NCBI GenBank assembly: GCA_963851265.1
Contig: CAWKNZ010000008.1
Span: 249,007 to 313,006 of the forward strand
Source of the DNA: an uncultured Gemmatimonadales bacterium
GTDB lineage: Bacteria > Gemmatimonadota > Gemmatimonadetes > Gemmatimonadales > Gemmatimonadaceae
DNA: 64,000 nt
Reading direction: 5' to 3'
Numbering within the stretch: the stretch's first letter is position 1; each line of letters begins with the position of its first letter. This document shows positions 42,464-52,197 of the stretch, one piece after another. The position numbers were made by a program, and so were the translations under genes. Below the pieces are notes generated by a model, which worked only from the letters and a program-made list of their open reading frames with translations, ran no database searches and was not told the origin of the DNA.

Positions 42464-42608
42464 CCCGCGGTCGTTAGGCACCGGGTCGCGGCCGGCGTGC
42501 TGGCGCCGCCGGTTCGCGCATCCGGTCCGGCGGCACTATACCGTTCCCCACGCGACGCACCGCGCTCAAGCAGGACCGGGCGCGGACGCGTTCGTCGACG
42601 GCGAGGCC

Positions 42609-42953
42609 GTGCGGTGGCGCGTGACGGAGCGGGACGCGCACTCGGATCCCGGCGCGCGCGCGACGCGCTGTCTCATCTTCGCGTCCGACGACGCGGTGCG
42701 GCGCGTGTGGGTCTACCCGGTGGCGTGGCGCGAACTGCCGCCGGCCGCCCTGCTCGCGCTCAGCTGGCAGCGGTCGCCGCTCGACCCGGCCACCCCCGTC
42801 GACGGCAGGTCCGCCGTCGGACGCGGGGACGTCGCGTGCACGCGCCGCGGCCACCGGTCGCCCGTCGCGGCTACGTCCGCGCGGCGCCGAGCCCCGGCGC
42901 CGCGAGCCAGCGCCCCAGCAAGCGCCCGACGAGCGGCATTACCACGTACGTGA
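42609..42953 (+). CDS. Small hypothetical protein
   Basis: Protein-like segment (FVDGEAV)RWRVTERD...CLIFASDDAVRRVWVYPVAWREL. True start uncertain; 3' end overlaps the convergent gene. Confidence 0.5.
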   Translation: MRWRVTERDAHSDPGARATRCLIFASDDAVRRVWVYPVAWRELPPAALLALSWQRSPLDPATPVDGRSAVGRGDVACTRRGHRSPVAATSARRRAPAPRASAPASARRAALPRT

Positions 42954-43497
42954 GCAGCGCGACGAGTAGGGCGACGTTCGCGAGCGCGGCGAGCCAGGTG
43001 GGGAGCGTCGCGAGGGCCGGACCGAGGAGGGGTGGGATGGTCTGCGTCAGCGCGAAGAGCACGACCGTGAGGACGACGACCTGCTTCCACCGCGGCGCGC
43101 CCGCGCCCGCCGCGTCGCTCCGCGGCGAGAACCACGCGACCCGCCCGACCGTCGGCGCGTCCGTGGCCGCCGTGCTGAACGCGTCGACCTCCCGCACGCG
43201 CGCCGCGCGGCTCGGGTCGTCGTGCCAGCGGGCGCGGGCGGTGCGGTCCGCGAACCGGAGCACGACGACGTTCTCGGGCTGCGACGGCGCCGGCCGGAGG
43301 ACGACCGCGCCGAGGTACCCCGGGGACGCGCTGGATTCGGCGTCGACCGCCGCGACCCACGCCTCGAAGCGCGCCTGCTGTCCGGCGGACACGCGCCGGC
43401 GGATGATCTCGGTCACCTCGCCGGGCGGTGTCGCGTCCGGCGCGGGCGACGGCGTGGTCGGACCGGTGGTCGTGGAGGTCAGGTCTCGTCGCGTCAT
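42871..43497 (-). CDS. Antibiotic-biosynthesis-monooxygenase-like domain plus two-TM membrane protein
   Basis: VTEIIRRRV...FEAW...PGYLG...VLRFAD; PRWKQ followed by TM helices and LLTYVVMP. Confidence 0.75.
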   Translation of the reverse strand: MTRRDLTSTTTGPTTPSPAPDATPPGEVTEIIRRRVSAGQQARFEAWVAAVDAESSASPGYLGAVVLRPAPSQPENVVVLRFADRTARARWHDDPSRAARVREVDAFSTAATDAPTVGRVAWFSPRSDAAGAGAPRWKQVVVLTVVLFALTQTIPPLLGPALATLPTWLAALANVALLVALLTYVVMPLVGRLLGRWLAAPGLGAART

Positions 43498-44972
43498 CAG
43501 ATCTTGTAGCTCACGCCGAGGTTGAAGAACGTGACGTGCTTGGCGGGCCCGGTCTCGCGGAGGAAGGCGCCCGGCAGCACGTACGCCGTGTTGAACGCCA
43601 GCTGCAGGTGCGCGTCGACCGTGTACTGCACGGCCGCGTTGGCCTGCTGGGCGATGAAGCGCGCTTGGGCGGGCGTGCCGGGTCGCACGAGCACGCTGCC
43701 CGGGGCGTAGAACCCGTCGGTCAGCTGCTGGCGCCAGAACCACACCCAGTCGACCTGCGCGTTCATCCGCCGGGACAGGTCGGCCTGCAGGATCGGGTGC
43801 AGGTCGTAGAAGTTGATCGGCGTGCCCAACACCGCCTTCGGCGCGAAATAGGCGCTCTTCGGAAATAACGGGTTGAAGCTGCCGAGCGGGCCGCGGGCGT
43901 CGCCGCGGTCCCCGCTCGAGCCGTCCACCCGGAGCGCGATGCGGGGCCCCGTCGGCCACGCCCAACGGTAGCCCGTCTCGGTGTCGAACGACCACGCGCG
44001 GATCGGGCGCGTTCCGAACGTGCCGCGTTGCAGGTTCGCCTCCCAGTCCGCGCCCCACCCGAGCGCCCAGGGCGTGTTGTCGACGTGGTTGGCGACCCGG
44101 AGGCCGACCGTGTGCCGCCGCTCGTGCGCCGCGCCCGCCTGGTAGCGCGCCCGGTCGTTGCGGTACCCGATGTAGTAGCTCGCGAGCGCGAACGGCCCGA
44201 GCGCGGCCACGCCGTCGCCGTGCAGCCCCCACACGGCGCGCGTCCGATCCGGGGTGTCGTCGATCGCGCCGGGCGTGAGCGACACCGGGTAGGCGACGAA
44301 GGCTTCGAATCGGCGCCTTCCGTCCACCGCGATCACGCGCGCCGCGTCGAAGCTCGACCGGACGTTGAGCCCTTCCTGGTCGGCGAAGAGCAGCCCGCTG
44401 TCGTACGTGATCTCCTGCCGGCCGGCGCGCAGCGTGAGTTGCCGCGCGTCGAACAGGCCCGTGCTCACGTCGACGAAGCCCTCGTGCAGGTCGAGCCGGT
44501 CCTCGTCGATCCCCGGCCGTGGGCCGCCGACACGCCCGATCGCCGTCGCGGACGCGCCCATCACGAACGCGCGAACGTGGGGCGTGACGTGCAGGTCGGC
44601 GTCGAGCATCAGCCGCGGCAGGACGTACCCGCGCGGTGAGTCGCGAGCCGCACCGAACGCGGTGTGCCCGTAGCGCTCGACCTCGACCCGGCTGTCGAGG
44701 CCGACGGTGAGGAACGACGCCCCGTCGTCGGCGAACGGGAGGTACTTGAGCCCGTCGAACGCGTCGGTGCGCTGCGCCGGGTCGCGCAGGAAGCGCCAGT
44801 CCGCCTCGGAAGGATGCGGCGTGAGTGGGGGCCGCGCCCCCGCGAGCCCCTCGGCGCGCGGGAACGGCAGCTGCGCACCCGCGCTCGACGCACGGGTGGC
44901 CGCGACGAGCGCGACCACGAGCAGGACGACGCCACGGGTGCGCGCGCCGCGCACGCGATCAGCGCGTGGCAT
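43497..44972 (-). CDS. Alginate export family outer-membrane beta-barrel
   Basis: Signal peptide; LKYLP, DLHEGFVD, RAGRQE, NVRSSFD, SFNPLFP; terminal VSYKI. Confidence 0.85.
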   Translation of the reverse strand: MPRADRVRGARTRGVVLLVVALVAATRASSAGAQLPFPRAEGLAGARPPLTPHPSEADWRFLRDPAQRTDAFDGLKYLPFADDGASFLTVGLDSRVEVERYGHTAFGAARDSPRGYVLPRLMLDADLHVTPHVRAFVMGASATAIGRVGGPRPGIDEDRLDLHEGFVDVSTGLFDARQLTLRAGRQEITYDSGLLFADQEGLNVRSSFDAARVIAVDGRRRFEAFVAYPVSLTPGAIDDTPDRTRAVWGLHGDGVAALGPFALASYYIGYRNDRARYQAGAAHERRHTVGLRVANHVDNTPWALGWGADWEANLQRGTFGTRPIRAWSFDTETGYRWAWPTGPRIALRVDGSSGDRGDARGPLGSFNPLFPKSAYFAPKAVLGTPINFYDLHPILQADLSRRMNAQVDWVWFWRQQLTDGFYAPGSVLVRPGTPAQARFIAQQANAAVQYTVDAHLQLAFNTAYVLPGAFLRETGPAKHVTFFNLGVSYKI

Positions 44973-45312
44973 CTCCAGGCTCCTCGCCGCGTGCGCCGAC
45001 GAACGCCACTCGATACGTGACCGGGTGCACGTGCTCGGCGAGCGCGGTCACCTCGGCCATGTGCGCCTGCGCCGCGGGCGTGGCCAGCATCGCCGCCAGC
45101 GCTGCGGCATCGTCCCACTGGACGTAATTGACGACCGAGGTGCCGTCGTGGCTGGCGTGGACCGACGCCGCGACGAACCCGGGCAGCGCGTGCGCGTGCT
45201 GCTCGGTGAACGCGCGCAGCGACGCGACCACCGCGGCCTGGCGTTCGGGGCGGACCGAGAAGGTGTTGATCAGGGTGTGCACGGCGGCCTGATCGTCGAT
45301 GATCGCGCGCAT
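44959..45312 (-). CDS. Antibiotic biosynthesis monooxygenase family protein
   Basis: TLINTFSVRPERQ...PGFVAASVHASHDGTSVVNYVQW. Confidence 0.85.
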   Translation of the reverse strand: MRAIIDDQAAVHTLINTFSVRPERQAAVVASLRAFTEQHAHALPGFVAASVHASHDGTSVVNYVQWDDAAALAAMLATPAAQAHMAEVTALAEHVHPVTYRVAFVGARGEEPGDATR

Positions 45313-45333
45313 GCGAAACGGGTTCCGTTTCGG

Positions 45334-45939
45334 TCAGGCGTTGAGCTTCGAGATGATCTCGTCGCCCATGATCTTCTGCGCCTTCTGCCCTTCGGGCGTG
45401 CCGAAGTCGTTGGCCAGCTCGGTGACCATCTGGTTCACCACGGTCACGGTCGCGCCCAGGTCGCGGAGCCGGTCGTAGGTGAGCTGGTCGCCGAGCGCCG
45501 ACATGGTGCCGCACGCGTCGGCGACGACGGTCACGTCGTAGCCCAGCTGGAGCGCCGCGCTGGCGGCCCAGAACAGGCAGATGTCGGTCGTGAGGCCGGC
45601 GAGGATGATGTTCTTCCGTCCGGTGTCACGGACCATCGCGGCGAGGCCGGGCTCGTCGAAGCAGGAGAGCGCGCCGCCGCGCTTGCTGCGCTTCGCGAAG
45701 GCGTCGGGCGCGACTTCCACGAGTTCCGGCATCGTCGGGCCGACGTACTCCTCCATCGTGGTCGTGAGGATGAGCGGCATCGTGTAGTCGACCGCCATGC
45801 GCGCGAGGACGCGGGTGCTGGCGATCACGGTGTTCTTGGGCAGGCTCTTGACCCAGTCGACGGTGCCCGTCTGGTGGTCGACGAGGAGGACGAGGCTGTT
45901 CTCGGTGGTGTAGCGCTGCGTGCGGGCGGTGGCGGGCAT
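45334..45939 (-). CDS. Isochorismatase/YcaC-like hydrolase
   Basis: LLVDHQTG, AGLTTDICL, VVADACG. Confidence 0.9.
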   Translation of the reverse strand: MPATARTQRYTTENSLVLLVDHQTGTVDWVKSLPKNTVIASTRVLARMAVDYTMPLILTTTMEEYVGPTMPELVEVAPDAFAKRSKRGGALSCFDEPGLAAMVRDTGRKNIILAGLTTDICLFWAASAALQLGYDVTVVADACGTMSALGDQLTYDRLRDLGATVTVVNQMVTELANDFGTPEGQKAQKIMGDEIISKLNA

Positions 45940-46041
45940 GCGGGTCCTGGCTCGGGGTGATGCGGAGACCGTTCGATACCGAACGATCTACGCTCGGGGC
46001 TTGGCCGTATTGCGTCGTTTCCGAAACGGTGATGCAGATAG

Positions 46042-46059
46042 TAGTACAAGCTTTGACTA
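46042..46059. promoter_or_regulatory. Near-palindromic operator TAGTACAAGCTTTGACTA between ycaC-like gene and divergent marR
   Basis: 18-bp imperfect palindrome in an AT-rich patch, abutting a minus-strand TACTAT -10-like box. Confidence 0.55.
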
Positions 46060-46129
46060 AATGCGAGAGTTCCGCGCGCGTACCGTCTGCGTCACGGAGC
46101 CGCCCGGATCGCGCGCGGCCGCCGCCGCA

Positions 46130-46157
46130 TTGACACGGTTCCCCGGCGTCCTAGCAT
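46130..46157 (+). promoter_or_regulatory. Sigma70-type promoter (probably leaderless) for marR
   Basis: TTGACA (46130) - 16 bp - TAGCAT (46152); ATG 6 nt downstream. Confidence 0.6.
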
Positions 46158-46163
46158 TCCGTG

Positions 46164-46661
46164 ATGCCGTCCCGCCGCCCGGCCCGTCCCGCCCCCGACG
46201 CGCCCGCTCGCGACGGTGCGGGCGTCTCGCAGCGCCGCCGCATGCTCGTCCTCACGGCGTGGATCCGGACGGTGCGCGCCTACCTGGTCGTGTCCAAGAC
46301 GATGGAGCGGACCTTCCGCGCCCACGGGCTCACGCCGCCGCAGTTCGACATCCTCGCCACGCTGCACCGGCTGCCGGGGATCTCGCAGCAGGATCTCGCC
46401 AACCGCATGCTCGTCACGAAGGCGAACGTCAGCTTCATCCTCCGCGGGATGGAGGCGGCCGGGTGGGTGGAGCGGCGCGCCGACGCGCACGACGCGCGGC
46501 TGAACCTGCTCCACGTGACCGCGACGGCGCGCGACACCTTCGCCGGGGTGCTCGCCGACCACGACCGCGTGCTCGCAGAGGCCCTCGCCGGCTTCAGCGA
46601 CGACGAGTTGCAAACCGTCGCCGCACTCATGTCCCGCCTCGGTCCCCCGGCACCCCCATAA
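46164..46661 (+). CDS. MarR family transcriptional regulator
   Basis: GLTPPQFDIL, ISQQDLA, TKANVSFILRGMEAAGWVER..DAR. Confidence 0.9.
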   Translation: MPSRRPARPAPDAPARDGAGVSQRRRMLVLTAWIRTVRAYLVVSKTMERTFRAHGLTPPQFDILATLHRLPGISQQDLANRMLVTKANVSFILRGMEAAGWVERRADAHDARLNLLHVTATARDTFAGVLADHDRVLAEALAGFSDDELQTVAALMSRLGPPAPP

Positions 46662-46913
46662 CGCTGGAGGCGAGATCGTGCGGATGGGTCCGGGGAGCTG
46701 TCCCGGGGCTGGTGCTGGCGCTCGCGGGGAGTATGCTCGCACCATGCTGACATTCCGCTGGCTCGGCGGCGTCGGGCTCGCGGGTGCCGCCGAGATCGAA
46801 GTCGATGCGTCACGCCGTCCGACTTCCGGGTCGCGGTGCCGGCCCGGGAGGTGCCAGGCCCCCGCCGAGCGCACGGCCGACGTATTGGCGTGGCCGACGC
46901 GATGCGGCGGGCG

Positions 46914-49169
46914 ATGACGGCCGAGCGGTGGCAGGAGGTCAAGCGCGTCCTCGAGGCGGCGCTCGACCGGGCGCCGCCGGAGCAGCCGGCGTTCCTCGAC
47001 CGGGCGTGCGCGGGCGACCCGGCGCTGCGCGCCGAGGTCGCGTCGCTGCTCGCGGCGGCCACGCCGCCGCCGGGCGCGCCGACGGAGCCGGACTTCTTCG
47101 AGCGGCCCGCGGCCGGCGCATTCCGCATCGCGCTGGGCAATGCGTCGGGCGATCGGTTCGCAGTCGGCGCGCCGCCCGGCGCCGACCTCGCCGCGGCGCT
47201 CGCCGCCGCGCTCGACGGGCGATACGCGCTGGAGCACGAGCTCGGTCGCGGCGGGATGGCCGTCGTGTACGGCGCGCGCGACCTCAAGCACGACCGCCCG
47301 GTCGCGCTGAAGGTGCTGCGCCCCGACGTCAGTGCCGGGCTCAGCGCCGCGCGCTTCCGGCGCGAGGTCCGGCTCGCCGCCGTGCTGCAGCACCCGCACA
47401 TCGTGCCGCTGCTCGATTCGGGCGAGGCGGCAGGGCACCTCTGGTTCACGATGCCCTTCGTCGCGGGCGAGAGCCTGCGCGCCCGACTCGCGCGCGAGGG
47501 GCGACTCCCGGTGGCCGACGCCGTGCGGATCGCGCGCGAGGCGGCGAGCGCGCTCGACTACGCGCACCGGCACGGCGTCGTGCACCGCGACGTCAAGCCC
47601 GAGAACATCCTGCTCAGTGACGGGCAGGCCCTGGTCGTGGATTTCGGCATCGCCAAGGCACTCGACGCCCACGCCGGCGCGTCCGGGAACTCCGCCCCGG
47701 AAGAGCCGTTGACGAGCACCGGTACGGGCGTCGTGTTAGGCACCCCCGCGTACATGGCGCCGGAGCAGCTGATCGGGGCCGGCGCGGTGGACGCGCGCGC
47801 CGACGTGTACGCGCTCGGGCTCGTGCTTTACGAGATGCTCGCCGGGCGACACCCGTTCGCGGGTAGGGCGGGGCACGAGGTGATCGCGGCCCACTGTCGC
47901 GAGGCGCCGCCGCCACTGATCCAGCTCGCCCCGACGGTACCGCCCGCTCTCGCCGCGCTCGTCATGCGCTGCCTCGAGAAGGACCCGGCCAGGCGTCCCG
48001 CCTCGGGCGCAGCCGTGCTCGAAGCACTCGAGACCGGACGAACGACGCCCCGCCCCGCGTGGGCACGCCGCCCGGCCCTGGGCGCGCTGGCTGGCGTGGG
48101 GGCTGCCGCGCTGCTGGCGGTGGCGGGCGCCGCGTGGTGGGCGCGTGACGTGACGCCGGTGGCCGCGGACCGTGTACCGGCGCGCGACGCCCCGGTCGCT
48201 GCGCTGGCCGACGCCGCGCGACCGAAGGGCGACGCGTCCGGGCTCTACCTCGAAGGGGAGCAGGACCTGCACCGCCGCACGCGCGCGAGCCTGCTCCAGG
48301 CGGTGGACGTGTTTCAGCGCGCGGTCACCCTCGACCCCGGGCTCGCCGTCGCGCACGCCGGTCTCGCCACCGCGTACGCGCTGCTCCCGTCCTACGCCGC
48401 GCTCGCCCCCGACCTCGCGTACGGCCGCGCGGTCGCCGCGGCTCGGCGAGCCCTCGCGTTGGACAGTACGCTCGCCGAGCCGCACGCGACGCTCGGCCTG
48501 GTGGCGATGCGGCGCTATCGGTGGGACGAGGCCGCCGCCGAGCTGCGCCGGGCCGTCGCGCGGAACCCCAACCTCGCGAGCGCGCACCAGTGGTACGGCA
48601 AGGTGCTCGCCCTCCAGGGGCGCACGGCAGACGCGGTGGCCGCCTTCGACCGCGCGCTCGCCCTCGACCCGCTCTCCGCGGTGATTCGCTACAATCACGC
48701 GCAGGCGCTGTTCTGGGCCCGGCGCCACGACGCCGCGGCGCAGCTCCTCGAGGACGCACTCCAGTTCGACACCGCGTTCGTCCAAGCGCATGTGACGCTC
48801 GGCTTCGTGCGCGTGGCGCAGGGGCGTCCGGACGCCGGCGTGGCCGAGTTCCGGTGGGCCGCGGCGCGCGAGCCGGACCTCGATCATCAGGCGCTGCTCG
48901 CCTACGGGCTGGCCGCGGCAGGGCGGCCCGACAGCGCGCGGCGCGTCCTCGCCGCCGTGCGCGCGCGCGCCGCGGGGGCGCACGTGTCGCCGGCCGACCT
49001 CGCGCTCGCCGCCTTCGCCGTCGGCGACCAGGCGGAGGGCTTTGGCGCGCTGCGCCGGGCGCTCGACGAGCACGACTCCGACCTTCAGGCCTTCGTCCGC
49101 GCGCCGATGCTCGACCCGGTGCGTCGCGACCCGCGCTTCATCGCCATCCTCCGCGCCATGAACCTGTGA
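46914..49169 (+). CDS. Hanks-type Ser/Thr protein kinase with TM helix and TPR repeats
   Basis: LGRGGMAVVY, VALK, HRDVKPEN, DFG, GTPAYMAPE; TPR-rich C-terminus. Confidence 0.95.
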   Translation: MTAERWQEVKRVLEAALDRAPPEQPAFLDRACAGDPALRAEVASLLAAATPPPGAPTEPDFFERPAAGAFRIALGNASGDRFAVGAPPGADLAAALAAALDGRYALEHELGRGGMAVVYGARDLKHDRPVALKVLRPDVSAGLSAARFRREVRLAAVLQHPHIVPLLDSGEAAGHLWFTMPFVAGESLRARLAREGRLPVADAVRIAREAASALDYAHRHGVVHRDVKPENILLSDGQALVVDFGIAKALDAHAGASGNSAPEEPLTSTGTGVVLGTPAYMAPEQLIGAGAVDARADVYALGLVLYEMLAGRHPFAGRAGHEVIAAHCREAPPPLIQLAPTVPPALAALVMRCLEKDPARRPASGAAVLEALETGRTTPRPAWARRPALGALAGVGAAALLAVAGAAWWARDVTPVAADRVPARDAPVAALADAARPKGDASGLYLEGEQDLHRRTRASLLQAVDVFQRAVTLDPGLAVAHAGLATAYALLPSYAALAPDLAYGRAVAAARRALALDSTLAEPHATLGLVAMRRYRWDEAAAELRRAVARNPNLASAHQWYGKVLALQGRTADAVAAFDRALALDPLSAVIRYNHAQALFWARRHDAAAQLLEDALQFDTAFVQAHVTLGFVRVAQGRPDAGVAEFRWAAAREPDLDHQALLAYGLAAAGRPDSARRVLAAVRARAAGAHVSPADLALAAFAVGDQAEGFGALRRALDEHDSDLQAFVRAPMLDPVRRDPRFIAILRAMNL

Positions 49170-50083
49170 GCGACGCGCTGCAATCCCCCGTCCGGCGGTT
49201 CCTCCGCTCCGCGGCGCGCCTCGCGTCGGGGCTCGCGCTCGCCGCCTGCGGCGGCGCGGCCGTGCGCTCGGGCGCCGGCCACATGCCCCCGACGTGGTAC
49301 GCCGGCGGGGCGGTCTGCGACGGCCGTCCCGCGTTCCGCATCGACGAGTACCACCCCGGCTTCTTCATCCTGCGGCAGCCCGCCTGCACGAACTACGAGA
49401 AGCCGTTCCTCTACCTGCTGATGGGGCGGTCGCGCGCGCTGCTCCTCGACACGGGCGCCCCGGGCATCGCCGTTGCCGCACCGATCGACAGCGTTCTCGA
49501 TGCCTGGCGCGCGACGCACGGCGGCGCCCCGCGCGAACTCGTGGTGGCGCACAGCCACGGCCACGGCGACCACACGGCCGGCGACGCCCAGTTCCGCGGT
49601 CGCGCGGGCGTGACGCTGGTGGAGCCGGACGCGGGGGCGGTCCGGGCGTTCTTCGGCTTCCGCGCCTGGCCGACGGACGTCGTGTCGTTCGACCTCGGCG
49701 GGCGCGTGCTCGACGTCCTCGCGATCCCGGGCCACCAACCGGCGAGCCTCGCCTTCTACGATCGCGCCACGGGCGTGCTGCTCACTGGCGACACCTTCTA
49801 CCCCGGACGGCTGTACGTGCGCGACACGGCAGCGTTCGCGGCGAGTACGGCGCGCCTGGCGGCGTTCGCCGCGTCGCGTCCGGTGTCGGCCATCCTGGGC
49901 ACGCACATCGAGCAGGCACGGACGCCGTACACCGACTACCCGGTGGAGACGCGGGACCAACCCGACGAGGACCGGCTCGAGCTGTCGCGCGCCGACCTCG
50001 TGACGCTCGACTCGGCGGTGCGCGCGATGCGGGGCCGCTTCGTGCGCACGCGACTGCCGCGGTTCACCATCTGGCCGCTATGA
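49166..50083 (+). CDS. MBL-fold metallo-hydrolase (probable lipoprotein)
   Basis: LLDTG, HSHGHGDH, PGH, LTGDT, GTH; lipobox LAAC; GTGA overlap with the kinase. Confidence 0.88.
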   Translation: MSDALQSPVRRFLRSAARLASGLALAACGGAAVRSGAGHMPPTWYAGGAVCDGRPAFRIDEYHPGFFILRQPACTNYEKPFLYLLMGRSRALLLDTGAPGIAVAAPIDSVLDAWRATHGGAPRELVVAHSHGHGDHTAGDAQFRGRAGVTLVEPDAGAVRAFFGFRAWPTDVVSFDLGGRVLDVLAIPGHQPASLAFYDRATGVLLTGDTFYPGRLYVRDTAAFAASTARLAAFAASRPVSAILGTHIEQARTPYTDYPVETRDQPDEDRLELSRADLVTLDSAVRAMRGRFVRTRLPRFTIWPL

Positions 50084-50275
50084 GGCCGTGGCGCGGTCCG
50101 GCACCGCGCCGCCGTGCGACGCGAGCGTCGTGCGCGCCCGAACGACCCGCCCGGAACGCTCGCGCCGCGGGCTCCGCCATGACGATACTGTTCAGTCCGA
50201 AGCGGCCGGAGCGGCGCCGACGACGGAGCGCCCGGCCGACACCGGCCGGCGCCGCGCGTTCGTATCGAGGAACAC

Positions 50276-51583
50276 ATGGGACGGGAGGCGGGGAGCGAAT
50301 CGCGCCGGTCGGCGCACGGGCGCCGGGCGACGGTCAGCGCCGGCGCGGCCGGCGCGGCGCACGGCGGGTACGCGACGCTCGGTGCAGCGCGGCAGCGTAC
50401 GCGCCGCGCGCTCGCGCTCGCGGTGCTGGGCGCGAGCAGTGCGGCGTATCTCGTGGCAGTCGTCGCCGGCGGATCGACGTGGCGAGGCGGCGTGCCCGCG
50501 GCCGCGATGGTGGCCGCTCGCGAGGCGCCCGCTGCGGAGGCGGCCGGCGCGACACCGACGCTCGATCCGGCCGACCGGGTGCTGCTGCGCGCCGTCTTCG
50601 GCATCGACGATCCGGATCGCCTCTTCATCGACGGATCCAGCGCGGACTCGGTGCTGCGCTACCACGCCCGGCCGGTGGCGTGTGCCCGTGCGCGCGCCGC
50701 GGCGTGCCGCGCCGTGACCGTGCGCGTGGGGCTCACCTCGCCGCGACGCGCGGGCGAGACGTGGGACGCGTTCGTCGGGCGCGTCGTCCGCGGCGGCACG
50801 GGAGCATGGGCGGCCGCGCGGAACGCGTACTACACCGGGCTCGTGTCTCTCGACCCCGAAGCGGCGCGCGCCTTTACGCGTCTCGTGGCGGACGCGCGGC
50901 ACGCGGGATTCTCCGTACGGGTCGGCGAGACGTATCGCAGCCCGGAGCGCCAGGCACTGCTCCTCGCACGCGGTGACGGCCGCACGCAGACGGCGACCTC
51001 TGTCCACGCCTACGGGCGCGCCGCGGACCTCGTGGTCGGCGACGGGCGCATCGACCGGCCGGAGACGGCGCGGCAGTGGATCGCGTTCCGGCGCTGGGTC
51101 GTGCGGTACCGGGCTGGCATCTTCCGCATCGTCGGCGCGCCGGATCGCACGTGGGACTGGCCGCATGTGGAGCTCGCGAGCTCGCCGCTCGGGTTCCGCA
51201 GCGTCGCCGCGCTCCTCGCCGCCGCGCGCGCCTGCCGTGCGGTGACACCGCAAGACCTCGTCGCGGCCGCCGCGCGGTGTACGGTCACGCCGACGCTGCC
51301 CGCTCACCTCGCCGCGTCGGCCCGGCCGGCGCCGGCCGCCAGCGCCCACGATCGGTCACGATCACCGCAGCCGGCCGGCGTTCCCAGGCGACCCTCGTCA
51401 CGCAAGACGGGCGGGCGAGCGACGGCTCGCGACGCTCGGGAACGCGCTCGACGCCATCCGGCAGCCGTGACCCGAGGCCACGGCCGGCACCCACTCCTCA
51501 CGAAACCGCCGCGTCGCCATTCCCCGCGGCATGCGGCCCGAGCGGATCGCGACCGACCAGCTCATCGGCACGCTGGGGAGTGA
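50276..51583 (+). CDS. Peptidase M15 family (L-Ala-D-Glu/D,D-peptidase-like) cell-wall hydrolase
   Basis: ETYRSPERQ, SVHAYGRAAD (SxHx6D), DWPHVE; N-terminal TM. Both ends are low-complexity and uncertain. Confidence 0.78.
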   Translation: MGREAGSESRRSAHGRRATVSAGAAGAAHGGYATLGAARQRTRRALALAVLGASSAAYLVAVVAGGSTWRGGVPAAAMVAAREAPAAEAAGATPTLDPADRVLLRAVFGIDDPDRLFIDGSSADSVLRYHARPVACARARAAACRAVTVRVGLTSPRRAGETWDAFVGRVVRGGTGAWAAARNAYYTGLVSLDPEAARAFTRLVADARHAGFSVRVGETYRSPERQALLLARGDGRTQTATSVHAYGRAADLVVGDGRIDRPETARQWIAFRRWVVRYRAGIFRIVGAPDRTWDWPHVELASSPLGFRSVAALLAAARACRAVTPQDLVAAAARCTVTPTLPAHLAASARPAPAASAHDRSRSPQPAGVPRRPSSRKTGGRATARDARERARRHPAAVTRGHGRHPLLTKPPRRHSPRHAARADRDRPAHRHAGE

Positions 51584-51599
51584 GGCCGCGGCCCGCGTC

Positions 51600-51653
51600 C
51601 CGGCCTTCAGCCGGCCTTCAGCCGGCCTTCAGCCGGCCTTCAGCGGGCTTCAG
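51600..51653 (+). repeat. 11-bp tandem repeat CCGGCCTTCAG (4 exact + 1 degenerate copy)
   Basis: Read directly; the degenerate copy contains the stop codon of the VOC gene. Confidence 0.9.
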
Positions 51654-52141
51654 CCCGCGGCCGCCGCGGGCGGGAGCGTCGCTGGGTCCATCCAGAACAC
51701 CCCCCAGCCGTGCCCGTCGGGGTCGAGGAAGCTCCAGTCGTACATGAAGCCGTGGTCCTCCGGCTCGGCCGCGTGGGCGCTGCCACCGGCGGCGAGCGCG
51801 GCGCGCACCATCGTGTCCACCGCCTCGCGGCTGTCCACGCTCACGGTGAAGAGCGCGCCGAGGCCGGCCGCGCGGTCGGGAACCGGCTGCTTGCTGAACC
51901 CCCGGAAGCGCTCCTCGGTGAGCAGCATGACGTAGGCGTCCTCGCCCACGAGCATGCACGTGGCGGTCGCGTCGGTGAACTGCGGGTTGAAGCGGAAGCC
52001 GAGGGCCTCGAAGAAGGTGACGCTGCGCTGCAGGTCACCGACCGGGATGTTGACGAACAGCTTGTGGCGCGTCGCGGGCGCCCAGCCGGCGTTGGTGATG
52101 GTCGGGGCGGCGGGGGCGGGGGCGGGGGCATCGGTCGACAT
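51650..52141 (-). CDS. VOC/glyoxalase family protein
   Basis: LFVNIPVGDL..S..FF.ALGF.FNPQFTD, DHGFMY, DPDGHGW. Confidence 0.9.
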   Translation of the reverse strand: MSTDAPAPAPAAPTITNAGWAPATRHKLFVNIPVGDLQRSVTFFEALGFRFNPQFTDATATCMLVGEDAYVMLLTEERFRGFSKQPVPDRAAGLGALFTVSVDSREAVDTMVRAALAAGGSAHAAEPEDHGFMYDWSFLDPDGHGWGVFWMDPATLPPAAAAG

Positions 52142-52197
52142 GGTGGGGTCCTCGGGTGGGGGTGGGGCGAAGCGTGCGGCGCGTGTGGGGCGGGGCG

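Noticed and set aside
50276..51583. M15 peptidase as a prophage endolysin or van resistance gene
   Set aside because: No phage genes, holin, integrase or van cluster nearby; it has its own N-terminal membrane anchor.
51600..51653. Possible CRISPR array (also 24144-24185 and 6940-7022)
   Set aside because: Units are 11-22 bp, head-to-tail or only two copies, with no series of unique spacers and no cas genes.
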